The notes below the pieces were generated by a model. The model did no database searches. It saw only the letters and a program-made list of their open reading frames with translations, and had not been told where the DNA came from. 64,000 nt of DNA from Azolla caroliniana (taxonomy: Eukaryota > Plantae > Polypodiophyta): positions 11,718,001 through 11,782,000 of the forward strand of contig JBHGNT010000013.1 of NCBI GenBank assembly GCA_043228905.1, in the 5' to 3' direction. Each line of letters starts with the position of its first letter. The first letter of the stretch is position 1. Positions 9,938-22,970 of this stretch are shown here, piece by piece. The translations under genes were made by a program, and so were the position numbers.

Positions 9938-10686
9938 TGTGAAAGTGTTTTTTGAATTCAAACCATTGAACACTAGATGGATATAAAGTATGGATAATTC
10001 ACATTTGGAGGATAAGAACACGAACTAAAACCTTAGGGAAGAAGTCAAAAGTAAAAGTACGAGACCAAGAGAAAAGTAAAAAGAGAAAACGCAGACTATA
10101 AAAAACAGTAAAAATAGAATGGTCATAACTCCCTCGTTGTTTATCCAAATATCACGTTTAAATATGGATTAGAAAGCTTGTAAAAAGAGCTTTCTATAGC
10201 TTTTTAAATCGCTTAATTTGGATATCGGATGAGGGAGATATGACGATTAGAAGGTCGATGTGTCATAGCTAAAAATAGGGAGATAAAAAGCTTCTAAAAA
10301 TAGCATGAACGTGGATAAGAAGAGGAAGGTTATAAAAGAAGAAGTGATATTAGTGAGGAGGGAGGCTAAGAGTGAAGGCCAAAGAGTGGATGAGGAGTGT
10401 TAGGAAGAAGTGTCTTTGTGGAAGAGGAAGTGTCTTAGAAGAGGAAGGTCTTTGGTTTTAGTTCAATGTGGAGTTTGTCTCCTTTGTATTCTCTTGATGT
10501 TGGAATATCAGAACATTCTTATTTCTTGCTCGCCTTCTCTATCTTTTTTCTTAGTTTCTTGAGTTATACTCTCTAATCATAATTACCTAGAGCTATATAA
10601 TATATTATGATTTTAAACTCCATCTAATCGGTTTGGTCAAGCCCTCATATAGTGTATAACTATCTATTATCTTATACACTCTATCA
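9938..10686 (+). repeat. Element A 3' LTR (start inferred from PPT 9914-9932)
   Basis: G15 tract, then TG at 9938. Only 10278-10686 is shared with the 5' LTR. Confidence 0.7.
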
Positions 10687-11079
10687 GCGTGCATGAGCCC
10701 TATACTTAGGAAATGACAAAGCATCACATGCACATTTAGTGTGCATGGACACTTTAGGTGAAAAAGCATGAAGCCATGCTTAGCCTCTTCCATCTTTATA
10801 TAAGGAGGAGAGAAATATGTATAAGGTTGTTGATTAATATACAAGGATGGATCAATCTAATATATTCGTGGGATTCACGAATTTTGCCATCTAAATTACT
10901 CTTATAATCTAAATATTGTTTTAAAATACACTAAACTCGTGGGATTCACGAGATTACTATCTTACTTCTCTTCCTATTAGTCATAACTAGCCTTAAGTTG
11001 TATTGCTCTTCCTCCTAGTCCAAAACCTCGGCGGTTCCCACCCGACTCACGCAACGATCCGGAGCCGAAGGGCACGACA
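10687..11079 (+). mobile_element. Element D: 3' portion of an LTR of the TGTC...GACA gypsy clade
   Basis: Ends ...CACGACA exactly where the LTR homology of C begins. Carries the clade U5 motif GTCCAAAACC...GGTTC at 11018. Confidence 0.6.
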
Positions 11080-11413
11080 CCGTGTGCACAAAACCATGGT
11101 TTTAGCCCATGGTTTTGTGCATGTCACAAGCATGGAAAGACCTATAAAAGCCTCTAGTTGGGCTTGTGTAAGGGGGGCTCACTATGTGATATCACCAACA
11201 CCACTATCATCAATATAATTATATTTGTCTTTATCTTCTTCATATTTTTCTATTTCTCAAGTGTACAATCTTTCTTCTTCTCAAGTGAACAAATTTCATC
11301 CAATCTTACATTGATCGTCATCTCTTCGATAATTCCGCGAACGTCCTCCTCAGTCCAAGACCCCGGTGGTCGCTCGAGGAGCACACGCACGCGCGAATCT
11401 TCGCGACAACATT

Positions 11414-11431
11414 TGGTGAACCCGACGTGAA
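11414..11431 (+). promoter_or_regulatory. PBS complementary to tRNA-Trp
   Basis: TGGTGAACCCGACGTGAA, identical at 24306 and 26352. Complement of the plant tRNA-Trp 3' end (from memory). Confidence 0.85.
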
Positions 11432-11452
11432 GAGTAGCAGGGGAGGACGAAG

Positions 11453-13105
11453 ATGGATGGCGAATATCTTATGGAGGCAATGTCAAAAAGGATGATGGAG
11501 TTTCTGAGAGAAGGGAAAAGAAGAAATGATGCCCAACAAGCCGTCGATAGGGTAGTCGAGCGAGTGAGCTATTTCAACGGCGCTGAAGTCCAAAGTTTTC
11601 TAAAAGTCTACAATGTGGAGATGGATTCAAGAGGTGTGGACGAAGCTATGAGGCTGGAGTACTTTTGTCGGGTGGTGTCTCAACCAATCTTCAAAGATGT
11701 AAAAGAGCTTCTAGAAGCTCATGATAGGTGGGCGACTTTCAAGAAGGCTCTATTGGAGGAATATGGCTATGAGAGACAAAAAGGACGAGATCGACGCAAC
11801 TTCGACCAATGGGTGACATCGGCGAAGACCCACCAAGGCGCGACACAAGCATTCGTAGACTTCGAGCATCGTTTTTCTCAATTGTTGGAGCGGGAACAAA
11901 GATTGGTGGGGGTCGATAAGGTCCTTATGTTCGTGAAGTCAATTGATCGAATGGAAAGGATGGCCATCGGCCTCAAACTCGAAGAAGATGATGGTGCAAA
12001 TGGCCTCATCGAGGATTGGAGCAAAGTGGAAAGTGTATGCCGACTACATGATAAGGGGCGAGCGAGAATATCGACGACAACAAGATGGCCCATGAGGGAT
12101 GATCGAAGAGGGGCGAGATGCAACAACGCGCCACCAACAACAGAAATAAAGCTTAAAAGGGAGACAAAACCGAGGCGAATGGTGATCGAGGAAGAAGAGA
12201 CCTCCCAACAAATGCAGGTTAATGAACTGGCCGATACAAAGGCTCAGGTTCGGTATGACGGTACCAAGAGAGAAGGTGCGAAACAAGTCACCTTCTTGTC
12301 TTACAAAGAAACGACGGCCAAGGACGAGGCCGATGATTCGAGGACGGAGAATGCCACTTCGAGGGAGGATAAATGTTTCGGAACACGCATTGTGTACGAA
12401 ACATCGGGTGATGAAGGTGCAAGCATGAGAAAAGCTTGCATGATCGAGGGAGATAAAGTGTTTGGGTCCGACGTGATTGAGGAGGTAGCCATGACAAACG
12501 ACATCGAGTCGGAGGTGTCTATGGACGAGTCGACGACGGATAGCCATGTCGACACTTTCTTCACGCTTGTTCCAGAGACTTCGGCGGTTGCGCCCATGTG
12601 CCAATGTGAGACCGGAGAGACAGAAGGTGGTGACGGGAAGAAGAAGGCCCAACACGAGGAGGAAGAAGATCGAGGACGAAAGGATATCCCCACACCTATT
12701 CTAGAGACTTCGGCGGTTGTGCACATGCGCCAACGTGAGACCGGAGAGACGGAATGTGTCGACGAAAAAGCGGAGGAGCGGAAGGGAGATGAGGAAGACA
12801 AGGTAAATGTGCATGAGTGAAGGGATTCCTTCACACCGGTTCCGGAGACTTCGGCAGTCGAGACCGTGTGTCGACATAAGACCGAAGATAAAGGAGGTGG
12901 CGAAGAGGAGTCAATATGGCTCGAGGCAAGCATACACAGAGGGAAGGATATGGCCAACGAGGAGGCCAAGGATGAAACCGCGGTTGAGTTCGATGGAGAG
13001 GCTGCATGCGGGAAGGAAGGAAGAGTCGAGAACCGGTCGAACCGGAAGACGATCCGGCCGGGATTCCGGCCTGAGCGAAGGAAGATCCACATGGGAGGCG
13101 ATTGA
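11453..13105 (+). pseudogene. gag: Gag capsid-like N-terminus fused to an acidic repetitive tail, with one in-frame TGA at 12818-12820
   Basis: N-terminus aligns with the G/H gag (F.G..V.S.L..Y..EM; D..L.FVKS.D). Three T.V/I.ETSAV repeats. ORF 12866-13105 is in the same frame. Confidence 0.7.
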
Positions 13106-14624
13106 CAGGGGCCGACTCGGCTGAAACCTGATTTGGCGAAAATCGATCGGACGATTCCGATCCAAAAGGGGGCCGACCTAGCCAGAATCAGTCGGTCGAG
13201 CCCGACTCGGGAAAATGCGAATGCAAACGAAGGCCAACCGAGCCAAGAAGTGATTGGCGGAGACCGATCCGGACAAGGTTAAACCCGGCATAATCGGAGA
13301 TGGACACGAACGATCCACAACACCTAGTTGAAGACGGTGAGCGTGAGGAGTGGCCAGGAATCCAATCGAAGGACACGCACGGTGGACGAAGGAAGAGCGG
13401 TCGGATCCATGACATCGTTCAGTAGATCTACTACAACCGATCGGGGAAGGTGTGAGCGCCGGATATGGTGGATCGGATGGCCACGGTGGTTCAGTTGGAA
13501 AGATTACGCATATTCGAAGTGGAAGACAAAGTCTGACGAGGTTGACGAGCGTGCAGAGGAACTTGGTTGATCACCGTTGCCAAAGATCTCACCTCTTCAC
13601 CTTTCTCGGCACATACCAGAGGATGTGCGGGTTTGGTGGGGGTGGATGTCGTGACGATTTTCGGCTACGGTGTGAAACCGAGTGAGACGAATAAACCAAG
13701 GATGTGCAACATTGCACATGCACTTAGCAAATAAACCTAAGGCCTAGTGGCACTTGAGTTCATACAGAGGGGCGCAAGTAAGGGTTGAACCTTGCACCTC
13801 TAAGATACAAGACAATTGCCTTACCACTAGGACAACTATCATATAGTGTAAATTTTATGTATTTACTTTTCATATATGAATTATAGATGAAACAACCATT
13901 AGAAAACCATGTGCACAAAACCATGGTTCTAAACCCATGGTTTGTGCATGACATAAGCAAAACCGTGTGCACAAAACCATGGTTTTAGCCCATGGTTTTG
14001 TGCATGTCACAAGCATGGAAAGACCTATAAAAGCCTCTAGTTGGGCTTGTGTAAGGGGGGCTCAATATGTGATATCACCAACACCACTATCATCAATATA
14101 ATTATATTTGTCTTTATCTTCTTCGTATTTTTCTATTTCTCAAGTGTACAATCTTTCTTCTTCTCAAGTGAACAAATTTCATCCAATCTTACATTGATCG
14201 TCATCTCTTCTATAATTCCGCGAACGTCCTCCTTAGTCCAAGACCCCGGTGGTCGCTCGAGTAGCAGACGCACGCGCGAATCTTCGCGACAACGTGGAAA
14301 ACCCAAATATGGGAAAAACCACAGCAGCCCTCAGACTGCAAAATATCACTATGTAAAGTAATACAACAATGGGGCACAAAGGCAACGACCTCTTGCTCCC
14401 TCGCTTTGCCACCAGGCGGTTACAATAGAGGCAACAACCTCTGTATATCGCTCTCGCTACCTCTCTTACTTACGCACTGTACAGAGGTTACCCCAATAAC
14501 TCTATCATCCTAATCATCAGGTTGCCCTAGGTCATATTTATATTAATATGACTTTCGGGCTATTTACAAATATAGCCCCAGTGGGCTCTCTGGAACATAT
14601 TTACATATATGTCCCTTCCATCCG

Positions 14625-14820
14625 ATGAGAGGTTCTCACCGGGCTTGCAACATCTGATTCTTACTGGGTCTTCCATTGCCGGGTACGCCACATCCGGTTC
14701 TAACTGGGTCTTCCGTTGCCGGGTACTCCACATCCGGTTCTCACCGGGTCTTCCTTTGCTGGGTACTCCACATCCGGTTCTCACCGGGTCTTCCGTTGCC
14801 GGGTACGCCACATCCGGATT
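14625..14820. repeat. ~36-bp tandem repeats in the U3 of E LTRs (also ~19400-19555, one unit fewer)
   Basis: Unit ccgggtac(g/t)ccacatccggttctcaccgggtcttccgttg. Confidence 0.8.
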
Positions 14821-14900
14821 TGGCCTCGGCCGAGTTGCTCATCAACACTGTCCTTCTCACTTCCCATCCGGAGGGACCTGTTTCCTAACAAACTCCCCCT

Positions 14901-17900
14901 CCACTCCGGCATGGGATGTCTTACTAGTCCGATCCGCTTCCGACATGCATCCAGCTTGTCGGGTATCAGTACTTTGGTCAGCATATTTGACCCGTTCTCG
15001 GTCGTGTGGATCTTCGTCAGCGCGAACTCGCGATCTTCTACTCGCTCCCAGATTCAGTGATACCTACGCTGGATGTGCTTCGTCCTGGAATGGTACGCTG
15101 TGTTCTTAGCAAGGTGGATGACACTTTGACTGTCGCAATAGAGCCGGTATTCATCTTGCCGGATACCGAGCTCACCGATGAAGTCCTTCATCTATAATAT
15201 TTCCTTGCTAGCTTCCACAGCCGCCATGTACTCCGCCTCTGTGGTTGACAACACAACCGTCTTCTGCGGCCTCTTTTGCCACGAAACAACTCCCCCTGCA
15301 TATGTCATTACATACCCGGATGTAGACCGGCTGGTATCCACATCAACTGACATGTCCGAATCGGTAAAATCGTCAAGTTGAGGTTTATCGGAGCCGAATC
15401 GGAGAGACATATTCGAAGTGCCCTTCAAGTACAGGAGTATCCATTTGACCGCAATCCAGTGCTCCTTGTCGGGATTGCTCATAAACCGGCTCACCACTCC
15501 GACTGCGTATCCAATATCCAGTCGAGTACACACCATTGCGTACATTAAGCTCCCGACGGCAGAGGGATATGGCACCTTCATCATATCCACCTTCTCTACT
15601 TTCGTCTTCGGGATTTGCTTACCGGATAATCTGCAGTTTGCCGGAAGTGTCGATCCGACCGGTTTTGCGTTTGACATGTTGAACCGTTGAAGCACCTTTG
15701 TCACGTACTTCTCCTGTGACAACCACAATTGCTTCTTTGGCCGGTCCCAGATGATATACATCCCCAACATCTGTCTTGCCGGATCCAAGTCTTTCATTGC
15801 GAAAGTTCGGTTGAGAGCCTTCTTCAGCATCCGTATTTTGGCTTGGTCCCGTCCGACGATCAACATGTTGTCCACGTACAGAAGGAGTATCAGGAAGTCG
15901 CCTCCTTCAAACTTCTTCACAAACACGTAGTGATCGACCTGCGTCTTGTGGTACCCTTGATCGGTCATGAAGGAGTCGAACTTCCGGTACCATTGTTGGG
16001 GAGCCTGCTTTAGTCCGTACAGGCTCTTCTTCAACCGGCAAACCAGGTGCTCCTTCCCTTTCTCCACGAATCCTTCCGGTTGCTGCATGTAGATCTCCTC
16101 TTCGAGGTCACCGTGAAGGAATGTCGTCTTCACGTCTAGCTGCTCTACCTCAAGGTCCATGCTTGCCGCTATACTCAGCACCGTCCGGATGGAGGTCATC
16201 TTTACTACCGACGCAAATATCTCATTGAAGTCCACACCCTTCTTCTGCTGGAACCCCTTCACCACGATCCTGGCTTTGTATCTCGGGGGGTTGCCGGCAT
16301 CTCCCGGTTTCAACTTGTATACCCACTTGTTTTGGAGTGCCTGCTTTCCTTTCGACAACTCCACCAATTTGTACGTATGGTTCTCATGCAGGGAATCCAT
16401 CTCATCTTGCATGGCACTTAACCATTTGCGGCTATGGGCGTCAGTTTTAGCTTCCTCTAAGCTTTCTGGCTCCCCCTCATCGGTTAGCAACACGTGCTCT
16501 GGATCCGGAAATCTCCGGGGGGCCCTTCTCTCTCTGAGAGGATATCTCCGTCTTTGGCTTTTGGCAACCGGCTCCTCTATTTGTTCTTCATCTGAATCCG
16601 ATTCGGGGTTTTGGCCGGTTCCGGTTTCAGCTTCCTCTACTTCTTCTTCTGCCGGTTCGGTATCCACACTGTAACCGGCTGGTTCCTCGAGTGTCAATCG
16701 ACTCTTAGCTGGGTGGGTCTGAATCTCATCGGAGTTCATTATCTTCTTCTCTGACTCCCAGTCGGCAAGATTCTTGTCCTCCATGAAGATAATATCTCGG
16801 CTCTGGAAAACCTTCTGGTCAACCGGGTCCCACACTCGGTAGCCGAACTCATCGTCTCTGTAACCCAAGAATATGCATGGCCGGGTCTTCAGATCCAACT
16901 TTCCTCTCCGGTCCTTAGAAACATGCACGTACGCGAGACACCCGAATACCTTCAGATGCCGGTAGGACACTTCCTTACCGGTCCAGACTCTTTGTGGCGT
17001 GTCTCCGTCCAAGGGTACTGAGGGTGATCTGTTTATCACATATATCGCCGTTGACAGTGCCTCAGCCCAAAACTTCTTGGGTAATTTTGCATGCTCTAGC
17101 ATATTCCGAACCCTCTCCATTATGGTCTGGTTCATCCTCTCGGCCAGCCCGTTTAGTTCCGGCGTCTTCGGCACGGTAAATTCGAGCCGGATTCCCTTCA
17201 AGCGACAGTACTCCTCGAATTGCCCCCGTTATCTGCTTGAACCGCCTTCAGCTTCCGGACGGTTTCTCTTTCCACTCTCGTGTGGAGCTCTTTGAAGACG
17301 TATAGCACCTGATCCTTCGTCTTCAATGGTGTGGTCCACAGCCTCCTGCTGTGGTCATCTATGAACGTCACAAAGTACTGTGCTCCGGCATGGGACTTTG
17401 TGTCCACTTGACACACATCGGTATGCACCAACTCCAATGGTGCATTACGTCTCATCGGTGGCCTTGATTGGAAGGAGGTCCGGTTCTGCTTACCGGCTAG
17501 GCAGTTGGTGCACCTCTCAAGATGCACGTTCTTCACCGGAATGAGGTTGTCATCGACAAGCCTCTTCATCCCCTTCACGCTCATGTGACACAGTATCTTG
17601 TGCCACAGCTCACCGGCAGTGTCGCAAGCCATGTTCACTTCTTCCGGGCATAACCGGGCATTCATCAGGTACAACGTGTTAACCTTCTAGGCCCGAGCCA
17701 CCATCAGGCTCCCTTTGCTGAATTTCATGACTCCGTTCCGGATGCTACCCGTGTAGCCTTCATCATCTAGCCGACTGGCTGATATTAGGTTCAATCGAAC
17801 CCCCGGAACGTGTCAGACATCCTTCAACAACAGCTTGCATCCGGTTGGTGTTGTCAACCACACATCTCTTGTGCCGACAATTCGGCATGTACCTTCATTT

Positions 17901-18889
17901 CCTATCCGGACACAACCGTGATCACCGGTTGTGTAGGATGAGAAGTATTTACAGTTCGGGGTAAGGTGGAACGACGCTCCAGAATCAACAACCCACGTTG
18001 TCTCGTTGCCGGCAAGGTTCAAATCACTCTCCTCGGTGATGCGCATAGACTCTTCTTCGCTTGCTGCGATTGCCATCGTTCCCTTCTGGTCCGGCCCCCT
18101 CCGGTCTTTACCGTTTCGGTCCGGTGTCCGCTTCGAATCGGTACTGTCGGTTTCCTTGTCTTTTCGGAAGTGCCGACAGTTCTTCTAGAAGTGTCCCAGC
18201 TTGCCGCAATAGAAGTAGGTAGGCCTCCCCCTTGACTTTGATCGTGTCCCCGACTTCTCCCGGTTCTGGGGACTATGGTTCTTTTGTCTTTCACGTTCTG
18301 ATTCGGTAAGGAGCGCTTTGGAGTCGGAGCTCGTGTCCTTATCTTTCTGATGCGGCTCTTCATCTAGCAAGCTCGACTTCACTCCTGCTAGGGATAACCG
18401 TTTCCCTTCCGGCCCGGCGTTGCCCAAAGTGACAACCAACGTCTCCCAGCTATCTGGGAGGGAACCGAGTAGGAGTAGTGCTAGTACCTCATCGGCGAGA
18501 GGTACTTCCAATGATGTTGCGTGGTGAATCAGCCCCTGGAAGGCATTCATGTGCTCCGCCATGCTGGAGCCATCTTGGTACCGGAGTCTTACTAGCTTCC
18601 GAAATACCGAAACCTGATTTACAACATTTTTGTTCTGAAACATAATGCCGATCTTCTCCCAGAGCTCATGAGCCTTACTCTCTTTATATAAGTTGTTGTA
18701 TAGAGTCATGTCACTGAAGCACAGTATGTACGCCGTTGTCTTCATGTGCATCACCTCCCATATCGTGGCATCGATTTTGTCCGGTCTCTTGTCCCCGAAC
18801 TAAACCAACAACCAAAGATCTTTAACCACGAGCATGTCCCTCATCTTCGACTTCCACACGGAATAGTTGGAGCCGGTGAGCTTGAACAT
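14901..18889 (-). pseudogene. Copia gag-pol of E, with frameshifts and stops
   Basis: Fragments 18185-18754 (gag), 17813-18076 (VDSGASFH protease), 17198-17674 (integrase) and 15192-17201 (integrase-RT-RNase H; YVDD mutated to YVDN). Confidence 0.9.
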
Positions 18890-19627
18890 GACTCCCGACG
18901 AATCGTCCGTTTTTCTGTGTCGTTTCACTCTGATACCACTTGATCGGAATACAGTTCCCTAAGCTATGCTCGGCCACAACCGAGACGTCGGATCAATCAC
19001 AGAAAACAAGGATGTGGGGAGATGTATCTACACACGAAACAATAAAGAAGAGAGTGCACAGGATGTTAACGTGGAAAACCCAAATATGGGAAAAACCACG
19101 ACAACCCTCAGACTGCAAAATATCATTATGTAAAGTAATACAACAATGGGGCACAGAGGCAACGACCTCTTGCTCCCTCGCTTCGCCACCAGGCGGTTAC
19201 AATAGAGGCAACAACCTCTGTATATCCCTCTCGCTACCTCTCTTACTTACGCACTATACAGAGGTTACCCCAATAACTCTATCATCCTAATCATCAGGTT
19301 GCCCTAGGTCATAGTTATATTAATATGACTTTCGGGCTATTTACAAATATAGCCCCAGTGGGCTCTCTAGAACATATTTACATATATGTCCCTTCCATCC
19401 GATGAGAGGTTCTCACCGGGCTTGCAACATCTGATTCTTACCGGGTCTTCCGTTGCCGGGTACGCCACATCCGGTTCTCACCGGGTCTTCCGTTGCCGAG
19501 TACTCCACATCCGGTTCTCACCGGGTCTTCTGTTGTCGGGTACGCCACATCCAGATTCGGCCTGGGCCGAGTTGCTCATCAACACTGTTCTTCTCAATTC
19601 CCATCCGGAGGGACATGTTTCCTAACA

Positions 19628-21790
19628 AACCACATGGCGCAGAGCCTTTCCGAGGTAGTAGCGCACCAGTCCAAAATGACGGAGATCAGATTAACCTTGG
19701 ATGGGAGAGCGGTGTTTTGGCATTCGTAGGTGGATCTGCTAGCAATCACGACCTTCGACCAGTTGCAGTCAGCCTTTCTGCGGTTTTTTCATCGGAGGGT
19801 GCCGCAACGTGAAATCCTCGGGCAGTTTTACACAATTAAATAGTTGTTGACCGAGATGGTCGCGGATTTCAACTGACGTTTCCAAAATCTACGGCGGAAA
19901 TTAGAACGGGGCCCGACGAAGGATGAGGCTAGGGAGACATTTCTGGCAGCATTATGCCGACCCATATGGACAACGCTCAATAACAATAGCGTGAAAAGGG
20001 AAATGACCGATATGGTCATAGAAAGAGCGCTATATCTCGAACTGGACGAAGAAGAGGAAAGGTTTTCCATGTCCTCATTACGACAAGCGTTACCTCAGGA
20101 CGAAGAACAACATTTTCATCAAGCGATCCAGTGCACGATTTGCTTGAATTCGGGCCATTCCGTAGTTGAATGCAACATGCGAATCCACTGTCCAATCTGT
20201 CACTTGAAAGCTCACACAGTTGAGCAGTGCGAGTACAATATGTTGAATAGAGCCATGCCCACAGTACGCAACGTGGACACACAACGTCCCCCACGCCGTA
20301 ATGAACAAAGGCGGCAGGAAGACCGACCATGGTATATGGATCACAATCCACGCGATGACCGGCACTACCGGAATCGCCGGAATCACAACGATTCTGAGGA
20401 AGACAAGCCGAAGGATGAAGACTATTGTGGCAACCCCATAAATACTAAAGGGGGCCGACGCTATGAGAATTAACATCCGGAACAAACGTGGCGGCTTCAA
20501 TGGGCCTCATGGAAAGCATCGGCAATATCAGGACCAATGGTGGTACAATGAAAGTTCGGACGATGATTGGCACCATGAACCACGTCGGGACCAACAACAA
20601 CCACTGCGTACGCTCCGACGTACGAATCAGGACCGGGAGGAGCAAGTCACACCTGGGGATTGGCACACACCACCAAGGGCCGAGAAGGGAGAATCTAGCA
20701 TCCATTGTTTTGTTTGTCAACAATCCGGACATTATGCCGCACAATGCCCAGTACGCAAGGGCAAGGGGCCTGCCATCAATACGATTACGGTGGAGTACAA
20801 CAAGTCACAACACGTTAGCAAACAAAAACTGCTGATTGGGCCACGCAAGATGAGATACGGCGGACAGCCCAAGCATGGGTTGAAAAAGCAAATGCGACAA
20901 ATACGGAGTGCATGCGGAAGGAATCCGCAAACACAGTGGAGCTATTGGAGGACGAGGAACCATCCCTGGACCCCATATGGCAAGTACGGACAGGATGCGA
21001 GATAACGTTAACAACCATGGAGAAGCTGCTGCAACTAGTCCCACGATTCCGCCAAGCCGTGGAAGAGCGGGTGACGGGTAGACCTGGGGTAAGCGTCGCC
21101 GCGAATTTTACGGACATTAGCGACAGACCAACAGTAGTGGATCACCACAACCCGACTATTAAGTTGATATTACACGGTCAGGAAATCCCAGGATGTGTAA
21201 TCGATGGCGGCTCGGGCGTTAATGTAATTAGTGCGAAGACATGCGAACAATTGGGAGTTTCAGAATGGGAAGCTTGCCCGTTCTGGCTCCCTTTGGCGAA
21301 TACCCGCTCAGTACGACCATTGGGGCTGATACACAAGGTAGGTTTTATCGTGAGAGGACATCGCTTCGACATCTCCGCGGTAGTCCTCGCCCTTGACGCC
21401 CCAGGGGCGTATCCTATGCTGCTGGGCCGACCGTGGCTTCATTCAACGAATATCAAACAGAGCTGGCAACTCAAGTGTATCAGCTTTCGACGCGGACGCA
21501 CCAAGGTTCGCGTACCAATAGAGGAAATGGCGACACAACCCAAGGGCATAACACCATTCTATGCAGACGATATAAATATGCTGGCTGGGGTGGATGATAC
21601 AGAATTAGAGGTATACCTAGACGAGCACCCTCGGATTATTCCACTGTTCGAAATTGACGTCATCAAAACCGTGACGGAATATGCCACGCCCGCTACACTC
21701 CACGACGAGGCTTACGAACCAAACCCGAAGTCAATATTAGAACTAAGTAGAGCACGGGCAACGTTTGAGAGGGAAATGGAAATTTCACAG
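19628..21790 (+). pseudogene. Element F, 5' part: degenerate non-chromovirus gypsy gag-protease
   Basis: Three CCHC knuckles (CTIC..SGH....C, CPIC...AH....C, CFVCQQSGH....C), IDGGSGVN protease, LLGRPWL. Frame resumes at 40201. Confidence 0.85.
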
Positions 21791-21883
21791 TGTCGTGGAG
21801 AAAACCGTCCCTAGGCGGAAACTGGGTATAACGTGCGTAAACCGGCCCTTACACGGGGGCACAAGTTTTGTTGTATAGTACGT

Positions 21884-22970
21884 TGTCGTGTGGTTTTCAC
21901 ACACAAGATGAAAACTAGTAAAATAATTATTTAAGATTAGCTTAATGTATTCATATAGATAGGTATCTTCAAGAGTTTCATAGCGTATTTTATTATGCAT
22001 GAAACGGATAAACAAGTATCAAGCTATGTGAGTGTAAAGTTTGGAGAAGAAGAAAGAAAAGACAAAACTGTGAGATATCCCACATAGATAAGACAACATT
22101 GGAACCCAGGATATATAAGGGAAACCAAAACATATTCATTCTATCAATGTATGGAACACAGAATGTTCAAGGTGACTTGGGCTACATTGTGTGGTGTGCA
22201 CGCTTCGGGCATACGCGCGTATGCACGGTCGTGATTATGCTTCGGGCATACACGCGTATGCATGGCCGTGATTACGCTTCGGGCGTATGTGCGTATGCAC
22301 GGTCATGTTAACGCTTCGGGCGTATGCGTGTAGGTGCGTATGCACGGTCGTGTTAAGGCTTCGGGCGTGTATGCGTGTGTGCATGGCCACGTGGACGTCT
22401 TCGGATGTACATGCGTGTGCAAGTTTCGCGCGTACGCGTGCAAGGTTGCATGGACGTTTCAGACGCGCGCAAGCGTGGATGCGTACATTGCGGCATGGTC
22501 GGGACTTTTGCGTGCGGACGAGCGCGCGGATGCGTACACGATGCGGTCGGGACGTGCGCATGCATGGATGCGTACACTACGTGGTCGAGACTTTTGTGCG
22601 TGGACGCGTCTACGGTTTGGTTGCGACGCACGTACGGATTGCGCACGGGCTAAACTTTATGGATGATTGGGTCATTTGGCTGAATTATACGGACAATCGC
22701 ATGCAACCAAAAGCCAAGGCCATGCAACTAAAAGTAAAAGGATGCATCTAAAAATGGAAGCATGCAATTAAAAGTAGAGGCCATCCAACTAAAAGTGAGC
22801 ATGCAAAGTAAAAATCGATTTTCTTTTGCAAATAAACTAATGATTTGTCTCTCCCACTTGTGTTATGCTTAAAACTTGCTTGTGTTGTACATGTTGCTCT
22901 AAATCCTTCTAGTCCAGAACCCTCGCGGTTCCGTCTCACGATCCGCACATAGTGACGGATTTTCATGATA
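21884..22970 (+). mobile_element. Element I: solo LTR inserted in the 5' LTR of G
   Basis: TGTCG start, ...CATGA(T/C)A end, exact 4-bp TSD ACGT. The empty site is visible in the 3' LTR of G (tagtACGTagatag). Confidence 0.8.

Larger units (their letters stand above)
1296..10686 (+). mobile_element. Element A: non-autonomous Ty3/gypsy LTR retrotransposon (gag-pro-deleted RT), 5' LTR interrupted by element B
   Basis: Near-identical direct repeats: 1298-1553 + 7342-7494 versus 10278-10686. PBS at 7499, G-tract PPT at 9914. Flanks acgtg/gcgtg. Confidence 0.85.
11080..14291 (+). mobile_element. Element C: non-autonomous gag-only gypsy derivative, tRNA-Trp primed
   Basis: Partial 5' LTR 11080-11408 matches 13963-14291. 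Full 3' LTR 13647-14291 (TGTCG...CGACA), PBS at 11414, PPT ~13635-13646. No protease or RT. Confidence 0.85.
14292..19627 (-). mobile_element. Element E: degenerate Ty1/copia (Tnt1-like); 3' LTR interrupted by C
   Basis: LTRs 14292-14890 (partial) and 18941-19627. PPT 14891-14900, tRNA-iMet PBS TGGTATCAGAG ending at 18938. Confidence 0.92.

Noticed and set aside
11414-11431. tRNA gene fragment
   Set aside because: Only an 18-nt complement beside an LTR, so it is a PBS and not a tRNA gene.
12044-13092. Long minus-strand ORFs (203 and 263 aa)
   Set aside because: Serine-rich antisense shadows of the acidic ORF in C.
14625-14820. 36-bp repeats resembling a CRISPR array
   Set aside because: Head-to-tail with no unique spacers, inside a Copia LTR, and no cas genes.
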